A stretch of 63,050 nucleotides of DNA, filler included, from Reclinomonas americana ATCC 50394 (GCA_048213135.1; 28 parts of 28 records of this genome joined end to end with filler, not necessarily neighbours in it), one strand, 5' to 3'; positions 50,369 to 62,611 are shown, numbered from the whole stretch's first letter. Program-made: numbers and translations. The notes: generated by a model not told the origin, from the sequence alone.

Positions 50369-50459
50369 AGAGAGAGATACGTGCTCAGTGAGCAACATGG
50401 AGCGTATGAGGCAAAGTCAAACACAGATGAGTAGTGAAATAAGAGGCTGGAGTGCGTGG

Positions 50460-50505
<46 letters not shown>

Positions 50506-50670
50506 CAGCACAATGCATTCCCCTCCTTTCATCCCTCTCCCTCCTTCTCCCTTTGCCTCCCTCCTTCTCCCTCTGCCTCTCTCCTTCCCCCTTTGCCTCC
50601 CTCTTGCCTCCGCCTGACCTCTCCATCAATGACAATGCGCTGGGAGCCAAACAACACACTCCGTCGCGAC
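48527..50670 (-). CDS. DCTN5: Dynactin subunit 5 (p25), 5' truncated, multi-exon
   Basis: SRRSVLFGSQRIVIDGE|..ILRGDL..VVRPP..YFPLKIG..IGSHVYIG..|GKRCMIKD..PDTVIPPY..SGSP|GVITGEMPEC..YYKTF. Confidence 0.93.
49300..49570. repeat. 88-bp tandem repeat, about 3 copies, inside the 960-bp last intron of DCTN5
   Basis: CGCACAAATACTCAGTCGTGAAGAA occurs at 49321, 49409 and 49497. Confidence 0.9.
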
Positions 50671-51602
50671 NNNNNNNNNNNNNNNNNNNNNNNNNNNNNN
50701 NNNNNNNNNNNNNNTTAATTAATTAANNNNNNNNNNNNNNNNNNNNNNNNNNNNNNNNNNNNNNNNNNNNTCTGTTGAAGGACTATCGCGAACTGTGCGG
50801 CTGTCGCAAGTACCGGATGGTGACGTCCGATCGCGAGGGAACCGAGTTGCCGGGTCGCCGTCGCACCACCATCTCCACCACAGCCGGCTTTGTGACCAGT
50901 TCACCCGCACGTAAATCACTCCTGCATGCACCACTGCTGCAGGGCGAGGAGAGCGACGCTGCGCAGCACGGAGGCGCGCGTGGCTCATCGTCGTCGCTGC
51001 CTGCTGTCGATCTGGTCGTGCAAAGGGTACCCTCAGGCGGCACCGCCACCGATTTGTCCAGTATGGACTCGGCGCCGCGGATCCTCCTATAGCGCACCCT
51101 CTCTTTCTCTCTCCCCTCTGTGTAATAGGCCGTAATAAGCGAAATCCAGAACAGAACTGCAGTCCTCTTGTCCCTTGTTGTATTTATATCACAACGCAAC
51201 ACTCTCGTCCACACGAAGCACCTTCGGTGTTCCACATGTCGGGTACGTGCAGCTTTGCATGCTTCTGTGCATCTCTTCTCTGTGCATCTTCTGTGCGTGT
51301 CTCTCTCCGAGGGTTTTGTCTGCGGACAACAGGATGCTGACGCCAATGCAGTGTGCGCCAGACAGTGTGCATGCGAGAGAGAAGAAGAAAGAGAGAGAGA
51401 GAGATATGGCGTCACTCTGTTGTCTGTGTGTGCGTGTGTGTGTGCGTTCGGTCTGGACATGAGCGCGTTCATGAGAGACAGAGCAACTCCCCCCCTCTCT
51501 CCCTTTCCCTTCTCTTCCTCCCCCCGCCTGTCCTTCTCCTTCTTCTTCTCTGCACTGCACGGGAATGCACAACAGCCACACCTCTCCTGTGTGTGAGAGA
51601 GA

Positions 51603-53092
51603 GGATTTTCCGCAAGCGCGTCAGTCCTCATGATGTTGTCCGTGCTGCTACAGACTGGCGCTACTTGTGGGAACGCGACGAGTTACGCACGCGGTTTGCT
51701 GCCGTGCGCAGCCGCGTGCGTCTGGTCAATGTCGATTTCGCTGTGTCGTCGGCATTGCCGGTGGCTGCTGCGGCTGCTGCCTCGCCGGCTTCTTCTCCCG
51801 TTGCCGGCGGTGCTGCTGCTGCTGCCGCTGCTGCCGCCGCTGCTGCAGCTGCTGCAGCTGTGGCAGAGGTGGAGGATGACTTGACGGTGGGAACGACGCC
51901 GGAGAACCGCGCTCACCTCATGCGCCTGGTGAATGCCGGCTGTGCGACTCCGTTCTTGCCGGGCAGTCTGTTCCCGGTTGTCCGGCGCATGCTTCGCGTG
52001 GCGGGAGAGGAGCTGGAGAGCGGGCGTACACCTGCGGTGCGTCAGTTCGTACTCTCTCCTTCCCCCCTGCTTCTGACTGGCATGTGCAGGGCAAGCGACC
52101 GGAATTGCCGGGAATGGAGGCTGTGAAGGAGCTGGAAGAGATGCTGACTTGCGTGTCCGCCGAGTTGCACTACATTGACACGGAGGCGAAGAAGCCGCGT
52201 GCCACACGTGTGGCCTCGAGCACGGAGCCGGTCGAGTACAAGAGCAAGTCGGGCAAGCCGCTGGTGATGGACACGAGCGAACCGGCGTGCCGTCCCTTTG
52301 GATTCTTTGCTGGCGAGCGTGTGTGGGTACGTGCAAAAAAAAACGCGAAGCCGACAACATGTGGCCAGCTCGACCTCACGTATCTGTACAGACCTCTGCT
52401 GGCAAACCCGGTACTGTTATCGGCGTGTGCGAGAGCAAGCTGTGGTTCCACTTGGATGGCGATGTAGGCGCCACGTACTGGAGCAAGCTGCGCAAGATTG
52501 AGGATTTCACCGCCAAGGGTTTCCATCGCATGGTGCGCGCACGTGTGTGTGTGTGTGTGTGTTGCCTCAAGTGGCGGAGAGCCTGCGTGTCTCATTCCCG
52601 GTCATCGCAGGACATGTTTGGGTCGTCGTCGGCCAGCCCGACGGTCTCTGGACGAGGCGCGGGCTCTGCGGCCGCAGACGCCGAGGTGGAGCGTGATAGC
52701 GACGATTTTGTGGCGTCCAACATCCACAACAAGCTCACCGACGCGCTGTTCGAGATTGCGCTGAGCACAGTGCAAATCGCGCCTCGTGCTCTCGAGGTCG
52801 CTCTGGAGTGCCTGGCCCCGGTGTTTGAGCTGTTGGGGCCACTGAGTCTGGCGCCGTCGCACTACTACAAGGACCGGCCCACCGCATTCCGCGAGTCTGT
52901 GGTGAACCGAGTTGCGTCGTACCCCGGCCTCCGTCCTTGTCTCCGGCGCCTCGTTGTTCTGACGACCGCCGCTGCAGCTGCTGGAGCTGTTTGTGCGCGA
53001 GGTTGCCGAGTGTCGCGAGTCGTCGCTTCAGCAGCGTGCCTTGCAGAGCTGGCTGCAGGTGCACGAGCTGCGAGGGTCTGTGCGCGAGACAC
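51603..53092 (+). CDS. Large hypothetical protein, partial, multi-exon, with a small SH3/Tudor-like module
   Basis: Spliced CRPFGFFAGERVW|TSAGKPGTVIGVCESKLWFHLDGDVGATYW. PolyAla tract. Start not determined. Confidence 0.55.
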
Positions 53093-53192
53093 NNNNNNNN
53101 NNNNNNNNNNNNNNNNNNNNNNNNNNNNNNNNNNNNTTAATTAATTAANNNNNNNNNNNNNNNNNNNNNNNNNNNNNNNNNNNNNNNNNNNN

Positions 53193-53917
53193 CCCGGGTT
53201 GCCGGCTGCCGCCGCCGCCACTGCCGGCATTGGCAGCGACGGGATCCCACTGGTGGGTGGCTGCCCGCGCGGAGACATGCGACCGGCCGGCTTTGCTGCG
53301 GCAGGAGCTGCTGGCTGCGTCTGCTGCGGTTCCTCAACCTCGCGTGGAGGCAAATTGAGCGAGGGGATCAGTGGAATCCCTGACGGCCGCGCTGGTGCTG
53401 GTGCTGGTGCTGGTGCCTCTGCTGGTGCCTCTGCAGCTGCAGCAGCAGAGGGCGATGTCACAGTCGAGGAGGCGTCATCAGCGGCCGCCGATCCATCGCC
53501 TTCGAGCGCCACCAGATGAGAAGGGCGCGCAAAAATTCCACAATTGTCGGGGCACACAAAGTACTCGACGCCACCCACGGTGCCATTGTTCTTGCCGTCT
53601 GTGTTACACAGACAGAGAAAGAGAGACGCGCGCGCGCGAAAAACACAGAGTGAGGCAAAAAGTGAGCTGTCTTTCCCGCGCTGCACAGAGAGTGAAAATA
53701 CATATGGTCCACGCCACGCACCTGGAGTGTCGAGCTCGACTCCATACCAGTCGCTCTTGCTGCTAAAGTGCACCTTGCCAAAGAAGCGCACAGTGCCTGT
53801 CTTGCCCAGTGTGGGAACCGACACACGTGTTCCTGTAGGTGTGAGAGTGCGTGTGTGTGAGCAGATGGTGCAACACATGATGCACAGAGAGCAAGACAAC
53901 TCACCAGGAACAAACAT
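53193..53917 (-). CDS. N-terminal CAP-Gly domain protein, 3' truncated
   Basis: GTVRFFGKVHFS..WYGVELDTP|DGKNNGTVGGVEYFVC..GIFARP. Confidence 0.92.
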
Positions 53918-54037
53918 GATCGCGTTTGTTGCTGGTGGGGGGGGGGGGGGGGTGGGTGGTGGTGGTTGCTGCGTGGGACAGACGATGCTCGCGCGGCCGA
54001 ACTGTCCCTCACTCACCCTCTCTCACTCACACACGCC

Positions 54038-55332
54038 ATGAAGTTCTCCGCTGGTGAGTTCGCGGTTGTCACGCGCTCTGTGTCTGTGTGTCTGTGTGTG
54101 TAGGTTGAGCAGATGCGTGGCGAGTCTGGGCTGGCAGGGAGAGGGTGGTGTGGAGAGAGAGAGAGCGCACATGCATGGCCATGTGCATGCCCGACCCACG
54201 CACACAGAGAGACACAGACGTGCACGCCTTGCTGTCGCGCAATGGAGTGTCAGGCTGTTGTTGTTGTTGCTCAGGAGTGGAGACGCAGCATGCAGAGATA
54301 ATCATGATTTGAGCAGAGAGTGCGCGCGTGTGTGTGTCAGTCATGCATGTCCACAGCACCCACGCTCGCATGCCCGGCGTGTGCAGCAGGGAGTCAACTG
54401 TGTACATGAGGAAGAGAGAAGGAGAGCACGTACTGACGAGCTTGGGGAGAGAGCGTGTGTGGTGCAGCCGCTGGCATGTCCATGTCAAGAGTCACTCACA
54501 CCTCTCACACACACAGCCGTGTCATCCTCCCGGCGAAAGTGCCGCAAGGCCCACTTTGCTGCTCCCTCGAGCGAGCGCCGCAAGCTCATGTCGGCGTCGC
54601 TGTCGAAGCAGATGCGCCAGAAGTACAACGTTGAGCGCGTCATGATGACAAGACTTGAATGGGGTCAGGTCACTCACACTCGTTGGTTTGTGTCCAGGTG
54701 CGCGCTGTGCCCATCCGCAAGGACGACGAGGTGACGATTGTGCGCGGCACCCACAAGAAGACCACCGGAAAGGTCACCACTGTCTACCGCAAGAAGTTCA
54801 TCATCCACATTGAGCGCGTCTCGAAGGACAAGCTGAACGGTGAGGAAAGGGGAAGGAGGAGGAGGGGGAGAGTAGAAGGAGAAGAGAGAGGGAGAAAGCA
54901 CAAGGAGTTCGTGATGGGAGAGAGAGAGAGAGAAAGAAGAGAATTGGCACAAGGGTATAAGATGGTGTGTATTCGCGTGTTCGTAGAAAGGAGAAGGCTG
55001 TGTGCAATTATATTCGTGTGTGTTGAGAAGTGAGGGCAAAGGAAGCGCACACAGATGCGTGCAAGAGAGTGCGTTCGTGGAAGAGAGAGTAAGCAATGGG
55101 TGTGTGTATTCGTGGAGAGCGAAGATAGAGGCGTGGCATTGGTTGCTCACTCGCTCGTGCAGGCCAAACTGTGAACCTGCCGATCCACCCGTCGAACGTC
55201 GTCATCACCAAGCTGAAGCTCGACAAGGACCGCAAGGCCCTGTTGGAGCGCCGGGCAAAGAGCCAGACTCGCAAGGCTGCCAAGCACGACGAGGCTGCCG
55301 ATGCTGCTGCGCCGCGACAGGACCCGAACTAA
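54038..55332 (+). CDS. RPL26: 60S ribosomal protein L26 (uL24), complete, 4 exons
   Basis: [69 protein letters not shown]. Confidence 0.97.
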
Positions 55333-55612
55333 GGAAGCGCACTTGTGTGCTTTCCAGTTGTCTGTGCAAACGGGGACCGGCGTGTTGGGGGTGGTGGTGG
55401 TGGTTTGCAGAAGCAGCGGTGGTGGTGGTGGTGGTAGTGGTGCAGGAGGATGAGAAGGAAAGAGGGACTACTCTTTTTGTTGTCTCTCGTTCTCACATTG
55501 TCGCTGTCCTCCNNNNNNNNNNNNNNNNNNNNNNNNNNNNNNNNNNNNNNNNNNNNTTAATTAATTAANNNNNNNNNNNNNNNNNNNNNNNNNNNNNNNN
55601 NNNNNNNNNNNN

Positions 55613-57101
55613 GCGCGTCGACATCGACGCCGAGTTCTAGTGGTCCGGGTGAAGCCGGAGCGGCAGTCGGTCTCGGTCGCCGCCGCCACGCTCGGCCGGC
55701 GCACCCTGCAGCCGGACCAGCTCAACGCCCTGCTCTCCGGCAAGTTCATCTCGGCGCTGCGCACCGTCGCCTCCGAGATGACGATGGAGGAGATGCATGA
55801 GAAGCGCGGGACTTACGTCCAGCGCGTCAAGGATGCCGCTGCCGAGGCGCTCGACCAGAACGGCCTCGTGCTGGAATCGGTCGCGCTGACCGATCTCGAC
55901 CAGACCGACCTGCAATATTTCAACCCGTCCAACCGCTTCGACGCCGCAGGTCTGACCCGGATCATCGAGGAGATCGAGGACAAGCGGAAGCTGCGCAACG
56001 ACATCGAGCAGGACTCGATGATCCGCATCCGCACCCGCAATCTCGAAGCCGAGCGCCAGGCGCTCGACATCGAGCGCGAGAGCGAGGCGGCACGGCTGGA
56101 GCAACAGCGCGAGATCGAGATCAAGCGCGCCATGCAGCGCGCCGAGGTCGCCCGCGAGCGCGCCGTCCGCGACACCGAGGCCGAGCAGGCGCAGATCACC
56201 TCGCGCGAGGAGATCGAGAAGTCGCGCATCGCCAATGAGCGCGCCATCAGCGAGGCGCGCATCGCCTCCGAGCGGGACATCCGCCAGCAGGAGATCGCCC
56301 GGACGCAGGCGGTCGAGGAAGCCGAGATCGCGGCGCGCGAGCAGGTCGAAAAGGCGCGCATCGCCAATGAGCAGACGATCAATGCCGCCCGCATCGCCTC
56401 CGAACGCGAGATTCGGCAGAGGGAAATCGAGCGCACCAGGGTGCTGGAGGCCGCCGAGATCGAGGCGCGCGAGGCGACCGAGAAGGCCCGCATCCTGCAG
56501 GAAACCGCGGTGAATGCCGAGCGCATCGCCCGCGAGCAGGAGGTCCGCAACCGCGAGATCGAGCGAACCCGTACGCTCGACCAGGAGGACATTGCGGCGC
56601 GCGAGGCGGTCGAGTCGGCGCGCATCGTTCAGGAAGAGCGCGTGCGTGCGCTCCAGATCGCCCGCAACAGAGCCCTGGACGAGGCCGAGATCGCGGCACG
56701 CGAGGCAGTCGAGAAGGCCCGCATCGCCCAGGAAGACGTGATCACGGCCGACCGGATCGCGCTCGACCAGCGCAAGCGCCTCCTGGAGATCGGGCGCACC
56801 GAGACGGTGGACGCTGCCGAGATCGCCGCCCGCGAAACCGTCGAGAAGGCCAGGATCAGCCAGGAGCGGATCGTCTCGGCCGAGCGCATCCGCCGCGACG
56901 AGGAGGTCCGCAATCTCGAGATCGCCCGCAACCAGGCGATCGACACCGCCGAGATCTCGGCGCGCGAGGCGACGGAAGCCGCCCGCATCGCGCAGGAGAA
57001 GGTCGTGGCGGCCGAGCGCATCGCCGCCGAGCTCGCGACGAAGGAACTGGAAATCCGGCGCAATGCCGATCTCGACGCCGCCGAACTGAAGCGCCGCGAC
57101 G
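55613..57101 (+). CDS. Bacterial flotillin/SPFH (YqiK-like) protein with an expanded coiled-coil repeat, partial
   Basis: AAATLGRRT..GKFISALR..NGLVLESVALTDLDQT..FNPSNRFDAAGLT, followed by EIAARE repeats. High GC, no introns. Confidence 0.9.
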
Positions 57102-57201
57102 NNNNNNNNNNNNNNNNNNNNNNNNNNNNNNNNNNNNNNNNNNNNTTAATTAATTAANNNNNNNNNNNNNNNNNNNNNNNNNNNNNNNNNNNNNNNNNNN
57201 N

Positions 57202-59335
57202 GCGCAATGTTCGTTGGCGCGACATTCACTACGAGCAGTGGCGTATTGTGATGCATTGCAAACGATGGTTTAGCAGACTACTGATATGATACCTTCGTCA
57301 ATGGTGAAAGTTTTGTCGAAAAACATTGTGCTGTAAGCAATGTCTGTTGCTCGCACAGTCACCACCAGGCCGCTCCCTGTCTGACCGGCGTTCGTAATAC
57401 GAAGCTGCGAGCCGGAAATGTTGAAGAGAGCCGAATTGGCACCACCCACAATCGTGTACGTGAACGACTGGCCAGCAACAGCGCCCGTAGCCGTCAGAGT
57501 GCCGACTACAGCGTTTGCAGTTGCCGGTATCGTGTATGTCGTTGAGGATAGCGTGATGTTCGTAGGCGCGACGTTCGCTGCCACGCAATGCAACACATGT
57601 ACGTTAGCACACCAAATCGCTAGAGGAAGCTTGATGGCGCTTACACACCGGGAACGATTGTCAAAGTCTGCTGCGCATAGTTTCCAACAGAGTCGGTGGC
57701 TAAAAACGTCACCGACAGGCTGGTAGACGTTATACCGTTGGAGATCATCGACACAGTTGTGCTGGAAAGCGAAAACGACGCAGAATTGCCTCCTGCAATC
57801 ATGCTGTACGTGACGGTCTCGTTGGCATCCGGGTCCAACGCAGATAGTGTGCCGATTACGAATGGTGCGCCGGATGACGGTGCGATGTAAGTATTGGGCG
57901 ACAACGACAACGACATGGGCGGAGTGTTTCCTGTGTCAAAGCAAATTAACTTCAAACAGAAATACTGGAGGCGCCACGTGGACATAAGAAACGAATATGC
58001 ACCACAAAAAGAAGCAAGAGAAGGGCAGAGTCAAGCAAGGAGTACCATACATGATGTGAGAATACACACACAGACGCACCAGACGCACAACAGGCAACGC
58101 CATTTGGAGAATACGAGCCACTGGGTGCACCAGTCGCAGAGTTTGTCATGTAGTCGATGCGGCCCCATCCGCTTCCCGGACACGACGATAGTCCGCTCTG
58201 CTTGAACATGCAGTTCGCGCCAATGCCAGCAATATCGTTTGCTGTCGACAATGAGAGATTCAGCGTGTTGCACGCGTTCGAATCCTGCGCAGCGCGATAC
58301 GCATAGCAGCCTGGAACAGTTGCCGAAGCAGTAGCGTACGGCACTGCGGCAAGAATGGCAGAATTGCTCGGTGTGCACACAGAAAAGCGCACACTATTTG
58401 ACAGCGGGATTTGTAGCATGAGCAATCGACTGGACGAATGCGCGAGAGTGTGCAGAGGTACTCACTTATTGCACAGATTGGTGGCACTTGCGTCAGTGAT
58501 AACGCCCCATGTGCCAGTGCAGAGTGCGACTGAGCCGACAGTGTTCGAGAAGGTGAACATCGGAACTGCCTGCGAACCGCACGCTGCAGTACACGGAGCA
58601 CACGCCTCAGCAACTCCACACGTGCCACACGACTACATTTGTCGCGCGAGATACCTGTAATCGGTGCAGTTCCGTAGGAATCGCACTGCAATAATACAAC
58701 GAGTCAGTCAAGCGTACATGCGAGAGCGCCTTCGAGAAACGGACGGCGCGATGTATTCACGCACAAACGAATACGTCAGCTCAATGTAGTCCACCATGGT
58801 ATCGTCAGACACCGTTACGTCGAGCTGAGCAGCCCGTTGCAACACAAGTAAATCGTAATCGTTACGCCAGATACACACAGGAGAATGACAAACGCAACTT
58901 GCTGGTTCGCGTTGACTGTGGCGAGAAGACCAGAGAGAGAACTCAAGTCGTATGTTATTAACCATCCTGTCGGGTACAAGGTCTTGCAACTGTTCCAGGA
59001 TGGGACCACGTTGGTGAGCGACTTGATGTAGAACGGTGAAATCCAGCTAGATGATGCCGATGAGAATACGCCGATCCGAAGGGTATCATTCTCCGGGTCC
59101 TGCATACTACCGTAGCACGTGACGAGCATTTCCAGAGTGGCCGCTGTCATGTTGTTGGGAAGTCCAGTGAAAGTGGTCATCACCGGCGAATCCACTGCCA
59201 AGCTATCAAATTCTTTCCGCGGCCAGTTCGCCGCAATAAGTGCCGCGGATGGCGAGGTAGCATCTGCGAAGATGACGGGGGAAGAGGTCGATTTGAAAAA
59301 GGGAGCGGCCATGTGCATGAAAGTGCGCAGACATG
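57202..59335 (-). CDS. Multi-exon extracellular protein with bacterial-type cadherin-like repeats, partial
   Basis: APTNITLS..VVGTLTAT..FTYTIVGGANSALFNISGSQL and IGTLSALDPDANETVTYSM. Upstream TFTGLP..ATLE..LDVTVSDDTMVDY module and a Cys-rich module. GT-AG introns. Confidence 0.75.
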
Positions 59336-59354
59336 AGTGACATCAGATGTGTGT

Positions 59355-59415
<61 letters not shown>

Positions 59416-59463
59416 GAGGGAGGAGAGAGAGGAGGAGAGAGAGAGGAGGAGAGAGAGAGAGAG

Positions 59464-59498
<35 letters not shown>

Positions 59499-59677
59499 GA
59501 GAGAGAGAGAGAGAGAGAGAGNNNNNNNNNNNNNNNNNNNNNNNNNNNNNNNNNNNNNNNNNNNNTTAATTAATTAANNNNNNNNNNNNNNNNNNNNNNN
59601 NNNNNNNNNNNNNNNNNNNNNCGTATCATCGGCGACTCGTGTCCCTCAGTCATATTTTCTTTCTATACTATGCAACG

Positions 59678-60793
59678 ATGAACACCCCCCACCACCCCCT
59701 CTTCTCCAGCAGGTGCCTGCACGGCCACTACGACCTCGTGTCCTCCGTCGCCATCACCCCCGACGGCCAGCACATTGTCAGCGGCAGTGACGACAAAACA
59801 GTGCGCGTGTGGTCGCTGGCCACGGGCAGGGAGGTGCGCCAGTTTGGAGGCTACAGCGGTGTGGTGACCTCTGTCGCCGTCACCCCCGATGGCCAGCATG
59901 TAGTGACTGGCAGCGGAGACAAGACCGTGCGTGTACATTCGTTGGAGAGCGGAAAGAGTGTGCGACGGATGCGCGGACACACGTGGTCGGTGTCGTCCGT
60001 GGCCATCACTCCCGACGGCCAGCGAATCGTGAGCGGCAGCTGGGACTGCACCGTGCGAGTGTGGTTGCTGGCGGCTGGCAAGAATGACGAACCGCGCGTG
60101 CTGGAGGGACACACCGACGCCGTGTGGTCTGTTGCCGTCACTCGCGATGGCCAGCACATCGTCAGCGGCAGCGATGATGGCACAGTGCGCGTGTGGTCGG
60201 TGGCCACGGATGGCGAGGTGCAGCGGTTCGATGGACACAGTGGGCTGGTGTTTTGCGTTGCGGTGACTCCCGATGGAGCGCACGCGTTCAGTGGAACCCG
60301 CAACTGCGCGATTCACATGTGGGATCTCCGCGGAGGCAGCAGTAGTGGTGGTGGAGAAGTGCGACGATTCGGAGGGCATGCCACCGGCGCTGGGGGCCGC
60401 ATCCTGGCGCTTGCTGTTGCTCCCGACGCGCAGTACTTTGTGAGTGGAAGCGAAGACAAGACGGCGCGCGTCTGGTCGCTGGCGAGCGGCGGCGGCGACG
60501 AGGAGGTGCAGCGATTGGAGGGGCACACCAGCGCAGTGCGGTGCGTGGCCGTCACCGCCGACGGGCAGCACATTGTAACCGGCAGTTGGGATCGCACGTT
60601 GCGAGTGTGGTCCACTCTGCGTGGGCTCGCGCAACTGGAGCTGCAGAGTGCACGCACAGCCATGCAGCACGTGCGCGAGATGCAAGAGGTTGAGGAGAAG
60701 GCGGAGACGGATTCGCGCTGTTTGCCCGACATGGTGCTGCGGTGTTTCATCGTGGAGGATGCAGCCGTAGTGCTGCATCGGTGCCTTGAGTAA
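59678..60793 (+). CDS. Intronless WD40 protein with seven highly similar repeats
   Basis: (GH..VxSVAVTPDGQHIVSGSxDxTVRVW) x7. Confidence 0.95.
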   Translation: MNTPHHPLFSSRCLHGHYDLVSSVAITPDGQHIVSGSDDKTVRVWSLATGREVRQFGGYSGVVTSVAVTPDGQHVVTGSGDKTVRVHSLESGKSVRRMRGHTWSVSSVAITPDGQRIVSGSWDCTVRVWLLAAGKNDEPRVLEGHTDAVWSVAVTRDGQHIVSGSDDGTVRVWSVATDGEVQRFDGHSGLVFCVAVTPDGAHAFSGTRNCAIHMWDLRGGSSSGGGEVRRFGGHATGAGGRILALAVAPDAQYFVSGSEDKTARVWSLASGGGDEEVQRLEGHTSAVRCVAVTADGQHIVTGSWDRTLRVWSTLRGLAQLELQSARTAMQHVREMQEVEEKAETDSRCLPDMVLRCFIVEDAAVVLHRCLE

Positions 60794-60842
60794 AGACAAC
60801 GAACGTCGCAGACAACTCCTCGCGTCCTTTCACATCACACAA

Positions 60843-61936
60843 ATGAGGCTCTCAACGACAAGACGACTGTGGTTCACCACACAAAGACTCTTCAGCACCT
60901 CACCCGCCGCCACCTCCGCCTCCGCATCCTCACTATACCGCGCCGACGATGCCGCCTTTACCTACTGCGTGGAAGAGACCAAGTTACCTGCATGCACACA
61001 CACACACACACACTCTTCTCTCTCCTCCCTCTCTCACTCTGACACGCACACAGGAAGCGCGACTGGGAAAACTACGTCTGTGCACTGATTTCTCCTGCCG
61101 CCCAACGACACGCGCTCTTTGCGCTGCGTGCCTTCAATGTGGCAGTCACCACTGTGCCGGAGCTGGTGTCGGATCCGACACTGGGCGCACTGCGGATGAA
61201 ATGGTGGCGCGACACACTCGACCAGTGCTTTGCAGGGCAGCCGCCCAATCAGCCCATTGCTCGCGCGTTGGCGCACGTGGTGGGCGAGTACGGCTTGTCG
61301 CGATCGTTGTTTGACCGCATTTTGCATCACCGAGTTGTGTTTTCTCTTCGCAGTTCCTGCTGTTGCATGGTCGCTTGGCTGACTTTTTGCGTTGGTGCAG
61401 ACAGAGGACTTGGCGGGGAAGCAACCGGCGGACTTGTCGTCGCTGGAGAACTTCACCGAGGCCACCACCTCGTCGTTGTTGTACTTGAGTATGCAGACGT
61501 TGCGACGAAATCCCACCTTGCCTGTTTCGGTTCGTCTGTCTGTCCCCCTCCCCCCACTCGCTGCTATGCTGCGTGCTGATCTTTTCGTTTGGGTGTGTGT
61601 GCACAGGCCGAGTCGCGGCATCTGTTTGGGCTGTCGGAGGAGGCGAAAATGGCGGCCAGTCACGTAGGGCAGGCGATCGGCATGTCGGTGCTGCTGCGCG
61701 CGACGCTGTATCACGCGTCGAAGCGGAGACTGTACTTGCCGTCGACGCTGACGAAAAAGGTGCGGTGCGATGCGCTGCCGTGCGTTGGCGTCAACCCTCT
61801 CTCTTACTTTTACTCTCTGCGCAGTTCAAGGTCACCGAAGAGAGCGTGTTCCGCGGCGAGGACTCGGAAGAGTTGCGGCAAGTGGTGTATCACGTGGCCG
61901 ACCTTGCCAAGGCGCATCTCGACGAGGGGCGTGCCC
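60843..61936 (+). CDS. NDUFAF6: Complex I assembly factor 6 (squalene/phytoene synthase fold), 3' truncated
   Basis: Mitochondrial presequence-like N-terminus. YCVEETK|KRDWENY..ALRAFNV..LRMKWWRD..HVGQAIG..LLRAT..LYLP..VADLAKAHL. Confidence 0.9.
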
Positions 61937-62036
61937 NNNNNNNNNNNNNNNNNNNNNNNNNNNNNNNNNNNNNNNNNNNNTTAATTAATTAANNNNNNNN
62001 NNNNNNNNNNNNNNNNNNNNNNNNNNNNNNNNNNNN

Positions 62037-62604
62037 CCTGATCGGGTCCCTGCGACTGGACGACGCCGCATCTCAGGGCGAGACGCTGTCCGTGGTGGAC
62101 CACGCCCGAGCGGTGAGAGTCCTCGACGACGACCTCACCCTGTCCAACGGACTGGGGTGGTCGGCGGACGGACGCACTCTCTACAGCGTCGACACACTCC
62201 GCCAGACGATCTTCGTGCGCACATACGACACGGCCAGCGGCGAGACCGGGCCGCGACGCCGTTTCCTCACCGTTTCCGATGGATTCCCCGACGGCATGTG
62301 CATGGATGCCGAAGATCATCTCTGGGTGGCGATGTGGGGCCTCGGAGAAGTGCACAGGATCTCACCCGCAGCACAGCTCGTCGAGATCATCGAAGTGCCC
62401 GCGCCGCATACGTCGAGCGTCGCATTTGCCGGCCCGTTGCTCGACACTCTCGTGATCACGACGGCGACGCAGGGTCTCGATGCTGATGCCCTCGCTCGTC
62501 ATCCCGAATCCGGGAAGCTCTTCACTGCCAAGCCGCTCGTGCACGGCGCTCCCGTCGCCCCCTGGGGCGGTTTCGCGTCGACGCCGACCCCCGAACAGAT
62601 ATGA
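62037..62604 (+). CDS. SMP-30/gluconolactonase family protein, 5' truncated (bacterial contig)
   Basis: LSNGLGWSADGRTLYSVDT..FPDGMCMDAEDHLWVA..SSVAFAG..LVITTA. Confidence 0.92.
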
Positions 62605-62611
62605 GGACCCC

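Noticed and set aside
54054..54698. Intronic snoRNA in RPL26 (ATGATGA at about 54642)
   Set aside because: No matching D box with a terminal stem, and no clear H/ACA structure was seen.
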